64,000 nt of DNA, from the NCBI GenBank assembly GCA_947258655.1, contig CAMYJD010000021.1:8476-72475 (forward strand), read 5' to 3'. The stretch's first letter is position 1, and every line of letters begins with the position of its first letter. Below the pieces are notes generated by a model. It made no database searches and was not told the origin of the DNA. It saw only the letters and a program-made list of their open reading frames with translations. This DNA comes from an uncultured Gammaproteobacteria bacterium (GTDB taxonomy: Bacteria > Pseudomonadota > Gammaproteobacteria > JAADHQ01). The position numbers were made by a program, and so were the translations under genes. Below are positions 38,242 to 48,033 of the stretch, one piece after another.

Positions 38242-38592
38242 TCAGTACTCAATCAGTACATCTTCGTCCCTGGGTATAAACTGGCAGGCCAGCCTCCATT
38301 CACTTGGCAAGTCATCAACAATCAATTTTTCCATATCTGCTGATGATAATTTTCCAATTTCCTTTAATACCTGCTTCTCTTTTTCAGTCAGATGATATCC
38401 CATCCTGGGCTTGTCCTTATCAACACTGGTTACATGGATTACACAGCTACCACACTCGCCATTTTCGCAACTGAAATCGACGGGTATTTTGTTTTCCTTG
38501 GCAATTTTCAATACAGTCTCGGTATGACTTCCGGCTACGGCATAGACACTTTTGTCCTTATAGTCCGGATTACTGAAAGTAATTACAGCCAT
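38242..38592 (-). CDS. [2Fe-2S] ferredoxin
   Basis: 116 aa from MAVITF, with AGGAGAAG upstream. CENGECGSC...LACQ ligands. The longer 38745 ORF start overlaps the previous gene and was rejected. Confidence 0.75.
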   Translation of the reverse strand: MAVITFSNPDYKDKSVYAVAGSHTETVLKIAKENKIPVDFSCENGECGSCVIHVTSVDKDKPRMGYHLTEKEKQVLKEIGKLSSADMEKLIVDDLPSEWRLACQFIPRDEDVLIEY

Positions 38593-38632
38593 TTCTCTTC
38601 TCCTGATAAATAATTTTATAAAGTAATCTTTG

Positions 38633-38920
<288 letters not shown>

Positions 38921-38940
38921 TTACTCCTCAGATTAAAAAA

Positions 38941-40224
38941 CTATAATTCTCCGAACTCCAACACCTTGCATTCTTTTTTCTTGCCAATCAGAATTGACGC
39001 GATGTCTTTACCAAAGTTGTAGCAATCTTCCAATTCCTCATCATTAGGTATCAATTTAACCCTCAATCCTTGCTGCGGTACCCGTAACTTGAGTCCACGA
39101 AGACGGTCCTCAATCATTCTGACCGCCTCACCTGACCAGCCAAACGAACCGAATGCTGCACCTACCTTGCCCTTGAGATCTACAACAATGAGTGAAGAAA
39201 GTAGATCCCATATAGGTTTTACCGCATCTCCATTTATTGTCGGCGAACCAAGGATCAGCGCATCTGCTTCTTCTATCAGATCGACAAATGGCTCTGTTTC
39301 TCCGCCTTGCAAATCAAACATCGAAACGCGCACACCGCTGATCGATCCCGCTCCTACACTGATGGCTTCCGCCATACGCGCAGTATTACCGTATGAACTC
39401 ATATAAAAAACGATCATCGATTTTTCGTTGGTACCCAACTCACCACTAAGACTGTTACTCGCCAGCTCCCTGTAGTGATTTACATATCTTCGCGGACGAT
39501 CTCGAAGTATGGGTCCATGTGTCGGTGCAATAATGCGTAAATCCAGTGGATCAATCAGATCAAGCGCCTCAAGCACCCATTTCTTGAATGGTCGCATGAT
39601 ATGTGCATAGTAGTAATCGAAGGAAAAACGAAAATCTCCCACCTTGTCATTAAAAAGTCTGCCATCACAGAAATGACAACCAAAAACATCGCCGGAGAAC
39701 AGTATTTCCCGCTCTTCCAGATAGGTACATTGGGTATCAGGCCAGTGTAAAAAAGGCGTACTAAGGAAAGTCAGTGTACAATCACCCAGCGATATCTGTT
39801 CGCCTGTGTTGACCACCTGAAATTCAAGATTTTCACTACTGTCCTTCAACAAGGCCTTTAACATGCTCTGTGCACGTTGAGAAATATACACCCTTGCCTG
39901 TGGTGCGCGTTTCAGTAATTCAGGCAATGCGCCTGTATGGTCCGGCTCAAGATGATTGAGGACTATCGCCTTGATCTTGCTATAATCCGTGACCGACTCC
40001 AGCCTGGCAAAAAAATCATCAGCGAATTCAGCCTTCACTGTATCGATGAGAGCATATCCCTCGCTACCCTCAATAAGATATGAGTTATAACTGGTACCAT
40101 TAGCAGTATTCAGGATAATATCAAAACTTCTCAAGTCTGGATCGAGTGCTCCAACCCAATACACACCGTCATCAAGCTGGACAGCCTTCCCTTCTTTGAC
40201 AATTGAATTTCCCTTATACTGCAT
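38941..40224 (-). CDS. Flavodiiron protein (metallo-beta-lactamase-like + flavodoxin domains)
   Basis: 427 aa. HLEPDHTG di-iron motif, then flavodoxin-like IVFYMSSYGNT. O2/NO-reducing family. Confidence 0.85.
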   Translation of the reverse strand: MQYKGNSIVKEGKAVQLDDGVYWVGALDPDLRSFDIILNTANGTSYNSYLIEGSEGYALIDTVKAEFADDFFARLESVTDYSKIKAIVLNHLEPDHTGALPELLKRAPQARVYISQRAQSMLKALLKDSSENLEFQVVNTGEQISLGDCTLTFLSTPFLHWPDTQCTYLEEREILFSGDVFGCHFCDGRLFNDKVGDFRFSFDYYYAHIMRPFKKWVLEALDLIDPLDLRIIAPTHGPILRDRPRRYVNHYRELASNSLSGELGTNEKSMIVFYMSSYGNTARMAEAISVGAGSISGVRVSMFDLQGGETEPFVDLIEEADALILGSPTINGDAVKPIWDLLSSLIVVDLKGKVGAAFGSFGWSGEAVRMIEDRLRGLKLRVPQQGLRVKLIPNDEELEDCYNFGKDIASILIGKKKECKVLEFGEL

Positions 40225-40238
40225 ACCAACCCCTGCAC

Positions 40239-40673
40239 TCAGATTAATTCTTTACATAAATGACTGTCATCATTGATTCTGGGACAAGTCTCCAGATCCA
40301 GTTCCTGCATTTCTGGCTTCAGACCAATCCAGTCAGCAACCTCACTTTGATCAAATCCAGCCCTGCATTTACTTCCAACACGCATCAGCGGACGTCGAAT
40401 TAACAATGGATTATCCAGCATCAGCCTGATAGCATCATCTGCCTTCATTTCTTCTGCCATTATTTCTCCAGACTTGATTTGTGGCGCACTGCTATTAAAC
40501 CATTGCGCTACGGGCAGACCTGTGAAATAACACATCAATCCATCTTCATCCCACTGTTCTGCGAGCAAATTTCTCACGTCCAGCTGATGACCTGCATCAA
40601 CAAGCATCTTTTTCTGACGTGTATTATTGATACAGCCAGGCTTTTCATAAAAGATCACTTTTGTCATCACCAC
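40239..40673 (-). CDS. nifO: ArsC/Spx-family nitrogenase-associated protein (NifO-like)
   Basis: 144 aa. IFYEKPGC.NN..QK..L and LIRRP motifs. Position after fdxN as in the A. vinelandii nifB-fdxN-nifO-nifQ order. Confidence 0.75.
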   Translation of the reverse strand: MVMTKVIFYEKPGCINNTRQKKMLVDAGHQLDVRNLLAEQWDEDGLMCYFTGLPVAQWFNSSAPQIKSGEIMAEEMKADDAIRLMLDNPLLIRRPLMRVGSKCRAGFDQSEVADWIGLKPEMQELDLETCPRINDDSHLCKELI

Positions 40674-40686
40674 ATATGCCTGACAA

Positions 40687-40914
40687 CTAATGCTTGTCTT
40701 TTATTTCATTTAACATTGCAGCGTGTGCTTTCCAGACTCTCCATGGGATATGATGAGCATTAGGAGAATTGACATACATACGCCTGAGTTTGTATTGATC
40801 CCGTTTATAGTCTTTCCAGGTACTGACAAGACTTGTAAATACCTGATTTATGCAATCACGGCTGAATAGAACACTACTAATCATTACATTTCCATGTTTT
40901 ACCATTGTCACCAT
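40687..40914 (-). CDS. Hypothetical small protein
   Basis: 75-aa ORF filling the gap between fdxN and nifO. No motif. Confidence 0.35.
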   Translation of the reverse strand: MVTMVKHGNVMISSVLFSRDCINQVFTSLVSTWKDYKRDQYKLRRMYVNSPNAHHIPWRVWKAHAAMLNEIKDKH

Positions 40915-40924
40915 TTTTGCGCTC

Positions 40925-41203
40925 CTATCTGGCCTGTATTTCTGCCATGACTTCCTCGAATTTTTCCGCAGGAATGCCGGTCAGTGAACCCGGTGGATTG
41001 GCAACCACTTTATAGCCGTCCAGAATAGCACCCTCTATAGGACAAATACTGGCACATTGCGGGTCAGCAAAATCACCTTCACACTCGGTACATTTCTTCG
41101 GATCTACCATAAAATGCAATGTTGCTTCATAGATAGCCTCGTTCGGACATGCCGGTGCACAGGCATGGCATTTAACACATTTCTCAACGATGGAATAAGC
41201 CAT
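40925..41203 (-). CDS. fdxN: 2x[4Fe-4S] ferredoxin FdxN
   Basis: 92 aa. CVKCHACAPACP and CTECEGDFADPQCASICP. Immediately after nifB. Confidence 0.85.
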   Translation of the reverse strand: MAYSIVEKCVKCHACAPACPNEAIYEATLHFMVDPKKCTECEGDFADPQCASICPIEGAILDGYKVVANPPGSLTGIPAEKFEEVMAEIQAR

Positions 41204-41214
41204 ATGCTTTTCTC

Positions 41215-42705
41215 CTAAGCAGTTGCCAGTTCATTGTTCGATTCAGATTCGTCCAGAGCACCACTTTCTGCCATCTCCTTGTAAACCGCAGCTACGGCGT
41301 CCTCGATGGGCTCCATGGCATGTTCACCATTTGGCATGATCCCGGCTTCTTCAAGTTGCGACCAGGGCTCGTAACCGATCTTGGAACAAATCACGGCCTC
41401 ACATCCATCCAGCACCTTGATGATCTTCGACAGTACAGTCTCACCATCTCCGCAAGTATCTCCACCACTACAGTAGAGATCCTCTACCTTGCGATGACTG
41501 ATAAAACGTACATCTGTTGTATTCGCCTCATAAATGAGAAATTCGGTTGCATGACCAAAGTGTTGGTTAACCACACCACCGCCTGTTGTTGCCACTGCCA
41601 TCAATACCGGTCGGGTTTCTTTCTTGATGGAAGAAAGCGTAACCAGTGATTCTTTTGGCTGTTTCTGCTTCTGTTCCAGTTCATGTGCTATAGCAGCATG
41701 GATCTCGGCGCGCTTGATCATTGCTGCGTCATAGTCGATGTCCATTTCCTCGATCTTGTCCATCGTAAACTCATCGCCACGGTCCTCGCCCAGTAAACCG
41801 ACCGCGTCTGCACGACATTGACGACAATGCCGCATCATGTTCATGTCACCGGAACAGGCATCCTGCAATGTCTGTAACTCATCATGCGTAGGGCCACGTT
41901 GTCCCATTACGCCATAGAATGTTCCGTGTTCTGCCTCGGCAATTAACGGCATGACATTATGCAGGAAAGCACCCTTTTGCTTGACAATAAGACTGACTTC
42001 TTCCAGATGTTTATCATTCACACCCGGAATCATGACTGAATTCACTTTGACCAGAATGCCTTTTTCTGCCAACATCTCCAGGCCTTTCTGCTGCTGTTCA
42101 ATCAGAATTTTTGCCCCTTTCTTGCCTTTGATCCTGCGATTATTCCAGAAAATCCATGGATAAATCTTGGCACCTATTTCGGGATCAACCGTGTTTATCG
42201 TAATCGTGACATGATCGATATTATGCTTGGACAGTTCTTCAACAGCCGCCGGTAATGCCAGACCATTGGTGGAGACACAGAGTTTGATATCCGGCGCCTT
42301 CTCTGATAGCTGACGAAAGGTTTCAAATGTACGCTCGGGATTGGCCAATGGATCACCAGGGCCGGCAATTCCCAGAACGGTCATCTGTGGGATATTTGCC
42401 GCGACGGCCATTGTCTTTTTTACTGCCTGATCCGGCGTTAGCAGTTCAGAAACAACGCCCGGCCTTGATTCATTGGCACAATCATATTTACGGTTACAAT
42501 AGTGGCATTGAATATTACAGGCCGGAGCAACGGCTACGTGCATACGTGCGAAGTGATGATGTGCCTCTTCTGAATAGCACGGATGGTTATGGACTTTTTC
42601 GCGTATGGCATCTGGCAGGTGGGATAACTGATCATCTGTACTACCACAACTACCTGATGAACAGCCGCTTGATTCTTGCTCTTGGCCCAGTACTTTCAAT
42701 TCCAT
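41215..42705 (-). CDS. nifB: NifB, radical-SAM NifB-co synthase with a C-terminal NifX-like domain
   Basis: 496 aa. HPCYSEEAHH..ARMHV.VAPACNIQCHYCNRKYDC; C-terminal VAVATTGGGVVNQHFGHATEFLIYE. Confidence 0.97.
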   Translation of the reverse strand: MELKVLGQEQESSGCSSGSCGSTDDQLSHLPDAIREKVHNHPCYSEEAHHHFARMHVAVAPACNIQCHYCNRKYDCANESRPGVVSELLTPDQAVKKTMAVAANIPQMTVLGIAGPGDPLANPERTFETFRQLSEKAPDIKLCVSTNGLALPAAVEELSKHNIDHVTITINTVDPEIGAKIYPWIFWNNRRIKGKKGAKILIEQQQKGLEMLAEKGILVKVNSVMIPGVNDKHLEEVSLIVKQKGAFLHNVMPLIAEAEHGTFYGVMGQRGPTHDELQTLQDACSGDMNMMRHCRQCRADAVGLLGEDRGDEFTMDKIEEMDIDYDAAMIKRAEIHAAIAHELEQKQKQPKESLVTLSSIKKETRPVLMAVATTGGGVVNQHFGHATEFLIYEANTTDVRFISHRKVEDLYCSGGDTCGDGETVLSKIIKVLDGCEAVICSKIGYEPWSQLEEAGIMPNGEHAMEPIEDAVAAVYKEMAESGALDESESNNELATA

Positions 42706-42771
42706 CGATGTTCCCCTCTTGATTTACCCTACAGCACGACAAGGATTTTTTGAAAATGTTACATAGGCATT

Positions 42772-42787
42772 TGCAAGGGCTGTGCCC
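42772..42787 (-). promoter_or_regulatory. Sigma-54 promoter of nifB (GGGCAC-N5-TTGCA)
   Basis: Minus strand reads TTGGGCACAGCCCTTGCAAA, 67 nt upstream of the ATG. Confidence 0.75.
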
Positions 42788-42860
42788 AATTTTGATATAA
42801 TTAATATACTATTGATAATATTGATAATTATTTTGGTTTTGTAAGTAATTTCAACTTCAA

Positions 42861-42876
42861 TGTAATGAATGCAACA
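42861..42876. promoter_or_regulatory. NifA-type UAS 1 of nifB
   Basis: TGTAATGAATGCAACA. Confidence 0.6.
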
Positions 42877-42893
42877 GTGAATAAATGACAAGC

Positions 42894-42909
42894 TGTGAGT
42901 ATTGTTACA
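42894..42909. promoter_or_regulatory. NifA-type UAS 2 of nifB
   Basis: TGTGAGTATTGTTACA. Confidence 0.6.
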
Positions 42910-43125
42910 AGAATATATGCACGGGGATTTATCTTTTTTTACTGGTAGAACAGACGGGTATTCGGTGTTTTAAGGAACTGTCGCAAGCCTGCTATTAGTC
43001 TTCAGATATCCAATCAATACACCGTCACCAAATATGTGCCGGGACATTGATATGCTACAGAACTGTCATTCTCGACCAACGAGACTCTTATATTAGTGAA
43101 ATATTGATGACACAAACGCTCAAAG

Positions 43126-43365
43126 CTACTCACCAAGTTCCTTGATACTCTCCTTGAGCATCCTTTTATACTGGTCACAGAAATAATTGATTGCGGCCTC
43201 TTCTGTTTCCGGGCCTGAATCATTGTTCAGGTAATTATGCGCATTATACCTTGCTGCGGCATGTAAAATCACAGCACTGATAAACGCAGGCGCCCAGTCA
43301 TCGGCAAGATCATTGGCGAAATTGATGAACTCATCGGACACTTCGTGAAAATCTGCTTCTTGCAC
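43126..43365 (-). CDS. DUF3144-like small acidic protein
   Basis: 79 aa. F...AN.......P..IS.A...AAARYNA pattern. 31 nt downstream of nifA. Confidence 0.5.
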   Translation of the reverse strand: MQEADFHEVSDEFINFANDLADDWAPAFISAVILHAAARYNAHNYLNNDSGPETEEAAINYFCDQYKRMLKESIKELGE

Positions 43366-43396
43366 ACTTTTACCCCACTATAAAATTAACAATAAG

Positions 43397-44962
43397 CTAT
43401 ATCTGCCGCATCTTAATATTCAATGTTTGAATACGATAGGCAATCTGCCTGGGCGTCATGTCCAGTAGCCTTGCTGCTTTTGCCTGCACCCAACCCGCCT
43501 CTTCGAGGGCTGCAATAACACGTTCCCGCTCGTCGAGGGATGGATCATTAAAATCTATTTTTTCGACTGACTGGGGAGTATCCCTGGGCAGAAGCTTGTC
43601 ATCGAGTCCAGTTAGATTAATGGCCTCCCGGTCGATATTCCCTTCTTCACACATAATCGCCGCTCGCTCAAGACAGTTTTCCAGTTCACGAACATTGCCG
43701 GGCCAGTCATATCGCATCAATTGACGAATCGCACTGTCTTTGAGCATCAACGTCCTGTCCTGCTGACGAGCTATCTTGTCAACAAGAAAGCATGCCAGAT
43801 CAGGAATATCCTCGACGCGCTCACGCAAGGGTGGCATATCGATGGGCATTACATTCAGTCTGTAATAAAGATCTTCCCTGAAATTGCCATTTTCAACTTC
43901 TTCTTCGAGATCGCGATTTGTTGCCGCGATTACTCGCACGTCGACATTCAGCGTTTGCAAACCGCCAACGCGTTCAAACTCTCCTTCCTGTAGCACACGT
44001 AATAGTTTTGCCTGGAATGCTGGCGAGATCTCGCCGATCTCATCAAGAAATATTGTGCCTCCATTTGCCTGCTCAAACCTGCCTTTTCTTTGACTGACTG
44101 CCCCGGTAAAGGCACCCTTCTCATGACCGAAGAGTTCGGATTCCAGCAAATTATCTGGCAATGCAGCGCAGTTCAGTTTTACGAAAGCACCACTGGCGCG
44201 CGGTGAGTTATAGTGAATCGCATTGGCAATCAGCTCTTTACCTGTACCCGATTCACCTCTGATCAGTACTGTCGTGTTCCATTTAGCTACCTGACGAATC
44301 TGTTCAAAGATACGTCGCATAACAGGAGTATGGCCAATGATACTGTCAAAACCATGTTCTGCCTTGACCTCACGTCTGAGATCATCACGCTCGGCCTTCA
44401 GGGCCATTCTCTCGACTTCAACTGTTTTCGACAGACGTACTGTCTGTCCAATCAGGTTTGCCGCCATCTCCAGGAAATGAGCCTGCTCCTCGAGAAAATC
44501 AATATGAGGTGGTTGCGCAGCCAGAACTCCTGCGGGCTTACCTGATTCACCTATCATGATTGGAACGCCAATAAAAGGCAGCTCCTGATCATAGATACCC
44601 AGGCGATCCAGGAACCTGGCCTCGTCGGAAATTCGCTCGACGACCACAGGTTCTCTCGCTTGCATGATCGTGCCGATAATGCCTTCCCCGGATCGGTAAC
44701 GGACATCATCACTGATTTCAATCTTGTCATTATGTAGTGCACTGACCATCAGCTCACCACTGTCTTCATCAAACAATGTTACTACACCATGCGTCAGCTT
44801 TCCCCGGTCATGCAACAACTTCAATACTTCCTTCAATGTGTTATGCAAATCCAGGGAACGACTGAGTACCGCACTGACCTCGTAAAGTGTATTTAATTCT
44901 GCCTCTACCAGGGTAAGGCGATTCATTTCCGGTTCAGTAGTATTCATTAATGCATTACTCAT
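43397..44962 (-). CDS. nifA: NifA, sigma-54-dependent nif transcriptional activator
   Basis: 521 aa. N-terminal GAF, central AAA+ (GESGTGKE, GAFTGA, ELFGHEKGAFTGA) and C-terminal HTH (AKAARLLDMTPRQIAYRIQ). Confidence 0.95.
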   Translation of the reverse strand: MSNALMNTTEPEMNRLTLVEAELNTLYEVSAVLSRSLDLHNTLKEVLKLLHDRGKLTHGVVTLFDEDSGELMVSALHNDKIEISDDVRYRSGEGIIGTIMQAREPVVVERISDEARFLDRLGIYDQELPFIGVPIMIGESGKPAGVLAAQPPHIDFLEEQAHFLEMAANLIGQTVRLSKTVEVERMALKAERDDLRREVKAEHGFDSIIGHTPVMRRIFEQIRQVAKWNTTVLIRGESGTGKELIANAIHYNSPRASGAFVKLNCAALPDNLLESELFGHEKGAFTGAVSQRKGRFEQANGGTIFLDEIGEISPAFQAKLLRVLQEGEFERVGGLQTLNVDVRVIAATNRDLEEEVENGNFREDLYYRLNVMPIDMPPLRERVEDIPDLACFLVDKIARQQDRTLMLKDSAIRQLMRYDWPGNVRELENCLERAAIMCEEGNIDREAINLTGLDDKLLPRDTPQSVEKIDFNDPSLDERERVIAALEEAGWVQAKAARLLDMTPRQIAYRIQTLNIKMRQI

Positions 44963-44967
44963 TCGCT

Positions 44968-46608
44968 TTACTCTGTCAACAATGAAGCTGAAACTTTTAA
45001 GGGCAGACCAAGTCTCATCAAACAGCCATCTGTGTATGACGGATCAATCTCGATATATCCACCATGCTGTAACGCAACTTCCTGTGCGATGGTTAATCCC
45101 ATTCCTGAACTATCCGGACTATTCACCCATTCCGAATTAAATGGTTCGAATATAGAAATACGCTTCTCTGCTGGAATTCCCGGCCCCGTATCTCGCACAA
45201 CAAGCTCGATGTGATCCTCACCTGGAGCCGTTGAAATCACGATTTCCCGTCTTTTGCAACCGGGCTCGTTTAATGCTGTAATCGCATTATCTATCAATTG
45301 TTTGAAAGCGGATCTCAAGCCATATTGAAGCCCCAGAATGACTGGTAGATCCTTGCTGATCTGCCAGTCTATTACAACACCTTCCTTCAACATGCGCTCT
45401 GTTGACAAATCAAGGACATCGCGGATGACTTCATTCAGATTCACCGGCGCCATCGCTTCCTGCTGCTGCCTGGGTATGGAATTGCGAATGACATCTTGAA
45501 CTTTTTCACCAGTATGCATAATTTCAACGAGCGCCTGGTACAACGGCTCATCATGCTTTCCTTCTCTGCGTTCCATTATTTTCAAGGCTGCATTAACGAT
45601 ATTTAACGGTCCCTGCAACTGGAACAATGCACCCGATAAGGTTTCCCTTACACTATGCAGTAATTGTTGCTCTGCCATCAACGCACGTAAAGCATTAGCC
45701 CTGACCTGTTCCTGCTGCTGCTTTTGTATTGTGATTTCACTGGCCACCAGCAGTAAGTGCCGGTCATCATGCGTTGCGAAGTAGCTGTCAGCGCCGATTC
45801 CAGCACTGTTCATCCAGACACCGGAACACGAAAACCATCTTGGCGGAGAGCCTTCTCCGGGATCATACTCGACTTCTATATCAAAAAAATCGCGACCTTC
45901 ATTGGCACTGGCATCAAAACCACCCTCGATTACGTCATTCAGATAAGTCAGAAAAACTGCAGCAGGCTCTTCACCTCTCATATCACCGATCAGTTTTTTG
46001 TAGGCCTGGTTATCAAGTAATACCTTGCCAAACCGGTCGAGCATGGCAATACTGACCGGTGCCGCATCGACAACCGATTCAATTAAAACCTTCTGGTTAT
46101 TAACTTTATTTTCAAGCTCATGAACTTCGGTTACATCACGATGAATGGCCATGTAATAACTGGCTTCGCCATTCATGCCCAGAATCGGCGCTACTGTCAG
46201 GTCAGCCAGATAACGATCTCCGCTTTTCGTGGAATTGATCAGGACACCATTCCAGGTCTTTTTATCAAGTAAATGATTCCACAGGTCCTTGTATACTTCT
46301 ACCGGTGTCACCTTGTAGGACAGGATAGATTGATTTTTTCCGATGATTTCATCCTGATCATACCCGGTAAGCCGGACAAAGGATTTGTTGACATAGAGGA
46401 TATTGGCACTGGTGTCGGTAATTGAAATCGCTACCGGCGAATGCTCAACCGCCTCCAGAAAAACCCTGGGGGGCAGAATGCCATCCTTGGTTTTTACAAT
46501 GCGACCAAATGCCTCTATGACTTCTTCAGTCATTCCATTCGGAGATGATGAAAAGAAATCACCTAACGCCTGGGCCATTGTTTCCTTTGTAGAACTTCTG
46601 GGTGACAT
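44968..46608 (-). CDS. nifL: NifL, redox/nitrogen-sensing anti-activator of NifA
   Basis: PAS domain SITDTSANILYVNKSFVRLTGYDQDEIIGKNQSIL (very like A. vinelandii NifL), a second PAS, and a GHKL-like C-terminus (DTGPGIP, GMGLTIAQE). I chose the ATG at 46608 (GAGG upstream). 5-nt gap to nifA. Confidence 0.9.
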   Translation of the reverse strand: MSPRSSTKETMAQALGDFFSSSPNGMTEEVIEAFGRIVKTKDGILPPRVFLEAVEHSPVAISITDTSANILYVNKSFVRLTGYDQDEIIGKNQSILSYKVTPVEVYKDLWNHLLDKKTWNGVLINSTKSGDRYLADLTVAPILGMNGEASYYMAIHRDVTEVHELENKVNNQKVLIESVVDAAPVSIAMLDRFGKVLLDNQAYKKLIGDMRGEEPAAVFLTYLNDVIEGGFDASANEGRDFFDIEVEYDPGEGSPPRWFSCSGVWMNSAGIGADSYFATHDDRHLLLVASEITIQKQQQEQVRANALRALMAEQQLLHSVRETLSGALFQLQGPLNIVNAALKIMERREGKHDEPLYQALVEIMHTGEKVQDVIRNSIPRQQQEAMAPVNLNEVIRDVLDLSTERMLKEGVVIDWQISKDLPVILGLQYGLRSAFKQLIDNAITALNEPGCKRREIVISTAPGEDHIELVVRDTGPGIPAEKRISIFEPFNSEWVNSPDSSGMGLTIAQEVALQHGGYIEIDPSYTDGCLMRLGLPLKVSASLLTE

Positions 46609-46720
46609 AATTACTACCTCGATTAAATCGCATCTGTTTGAATTAAAGGCAAGAATCATTCCCAACATCAGAAAGTGCGATAAAACAACGGTGACAGGTC
46701 TCGAATCCGACTGATATAAA

Positions 46721-46736
46721 TGTAGTTTTTCCTACA
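46721..46736. promoter_or_regulatory. NifA-type UAS embedded in a perfect 9-bp palindrome
   Basis: TGTAGTTTTTCCTACA within TAAATGTAG-tttttc-CTACATTTA (46717-46740). Confidence 0.45.
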
Positions 46737-46761
46737 TTTAAACTCAGCTTCACAGTGTGTT

Positions 46762-46777
46762 TGTAGCTATCACAACA
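46762..46777. promoter_or_regulatory. NifA-type UAS upstream of rnf
   Basis: TGTAGCTATCACAACA, 66-81 nt upstream of the -24. Confidence 0.55.
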
Positions 46778-46842
46778 TTTAGTCTGGACTATAAATGCAG
46801 AAAAATGCACAAAAATACACCATTTGCGGCCAGTACTTATGC

Positions 46843-46858
46843 TGGCATGGATGATGCA
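46843..46858 (+). promoter_or_regulatory. Sigma-54 promoter of rnfABCDGEH (TGGCAT-N5-ATGCA)
   Basis: GCTGGCATGGATGATGCAAT. Its position makes the ORF-track start at 46867 unlikely and favours the ATG at 46897. Confidence 0.65.
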
Positions 46859-46896
46859 ATAGATCTATGCAGGTGAACCCGGAGAAACCGTACCTG

Positions 46897-47478
46897 ATGA
46901 CTGAATACCTGTTGCTGCTGCTTGGTACTGCACTGGTGAATAACGTGGTACTTGTAAAGTTCCTTGGACTTTGTCCCTTTATGGGCGTATCCAACAAACT
47001 CGATTCCGCGTTAGGCATGGGGTTTGCAACAACCTTTGTGTTGACGATTGCTGCTGTAGCCAGCTGGTTGCTGGAATATTTTGTACTGATGCCTCTGGAT
47101 ATCGGTTTTCTACGGATCCTGACATTCATACTGGTGATTGCGGCAGTAGTACAGTTTACCGAGATGGTCGTGCGCAAGTTTTCACCGGCCTTGTATCAGA
47201 TCCTGGGTATTTTTCTGCCTCTGATTACGACTAATTGTGCAGTACTGGGCGTCGCGTTGCTTAATATCCAGGAAGAGCACAATTTTCTCAAAAGTGTTTT
47301 TTTCGGCTTCGGGTCAGCCATTGGTTTTACCCTGGTCATGGTCATTTTTGCGGGCCTGCGTGAAAGGCTTGCTCTGGCACAGGTACCCTCCGTGTTTGCC
47401 GGTGCTCCGATAGGTTTTATTGTAGCCGGATTACTATCACTGGCTTTTATGGGTTTTTCCGGATTAGTCACCAACTAA
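46897..47478 (+). CDS. rnfA: Rnf electron-transport complex subunit A
   Basis: Starts [32 protein letters not shown], the canonical RnfA N-terminus. Confidence 0.92.
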   Translation: MTEYLLLLLGTALVNNVVLVKFLGLCPFMGVSNKLDSALGMGFATTFVLTIAAVASWLLEYFVLMPLDIGFLRILTFILVIAAVVQFTEMVVRKFSPALYQILGIFLPLITTNCAVLGVALLNIQEEHNFLKSVFFGFGSAIGFTLVMVIFAGLRERLALAQVPSVFAGAPIGFIVAGLLSLAFMGFSGLVTN

Positions 47479-47493
47479 GGGAGGGAGATTACT

Positions 47494-48024
47494 ATGTTTT
47501 CCGCACTTGTCAGTCTTGCATTTCTTGGACTCATTCTGGGTTCAGCACTCGGTATAGCCGCACGCTATTTGAAGGTTGAAGGCAACCCCCTGGCTGATGA
47601 AATTGAATCCATGCTGCCGGGATCACAATGTGGACAATGCGGTTTCCCGGGATGCACACCTGCAGCGAGCGCCCTTGCAGAAGGCAATGCAGCGGTTACA
47701 TTATGCCCTCCTGGAGGAAAGTCTCTTGCCATGGAACTGGCAGCCAAACTGGGGGTTGAAGCGAATCTTTCGGAAGTAGAAGACAAAGCACCCCGTACTG
47801 CAACCATCCAGGAGACACTATGCATTGGCTGCATGAAATGTTTCAAGCGCTGTCCTACGGATGCCATACTCGGTGGTCCAAAACAGATCCATGCTGTCAT
47901 CAGTGATGCCTGCACTGGTTGTGAGAAATGCGTTGATATCTGTCCTACTGAATGCGTGTCGATGAAACCGGTCGCAGTTACGTTGCAGAACTGGCATTGG
48001 CCCAAACCTTCTATCTCGGCCTGA
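47494..48024 (+). CDS. rnfB: Rnf complex subunit B (Fe-S)
   Basis: 176 aa. TM anchor, CGQCGFPGC, CIGCMKCFKRCP and CTGCEKCVDICP. Confidence 0.92.
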   Translation: MFSALVSLAFLGLILGSALGIAARYLKVEGNPLADEIESMLPGSQCGQCGFPGCTPAASALAEGNAAVTLCPPGGKSLAMELAAKLGVEANLSEVEDKAPRTATIQETLCIGCMKCFKRCPTDAILGGPKQIHAVISDACTGCEKCVDICPTECVSMKPVAVTLQNWHWPKPSISA

Positions 48025-48033
48025 GGTGAATAT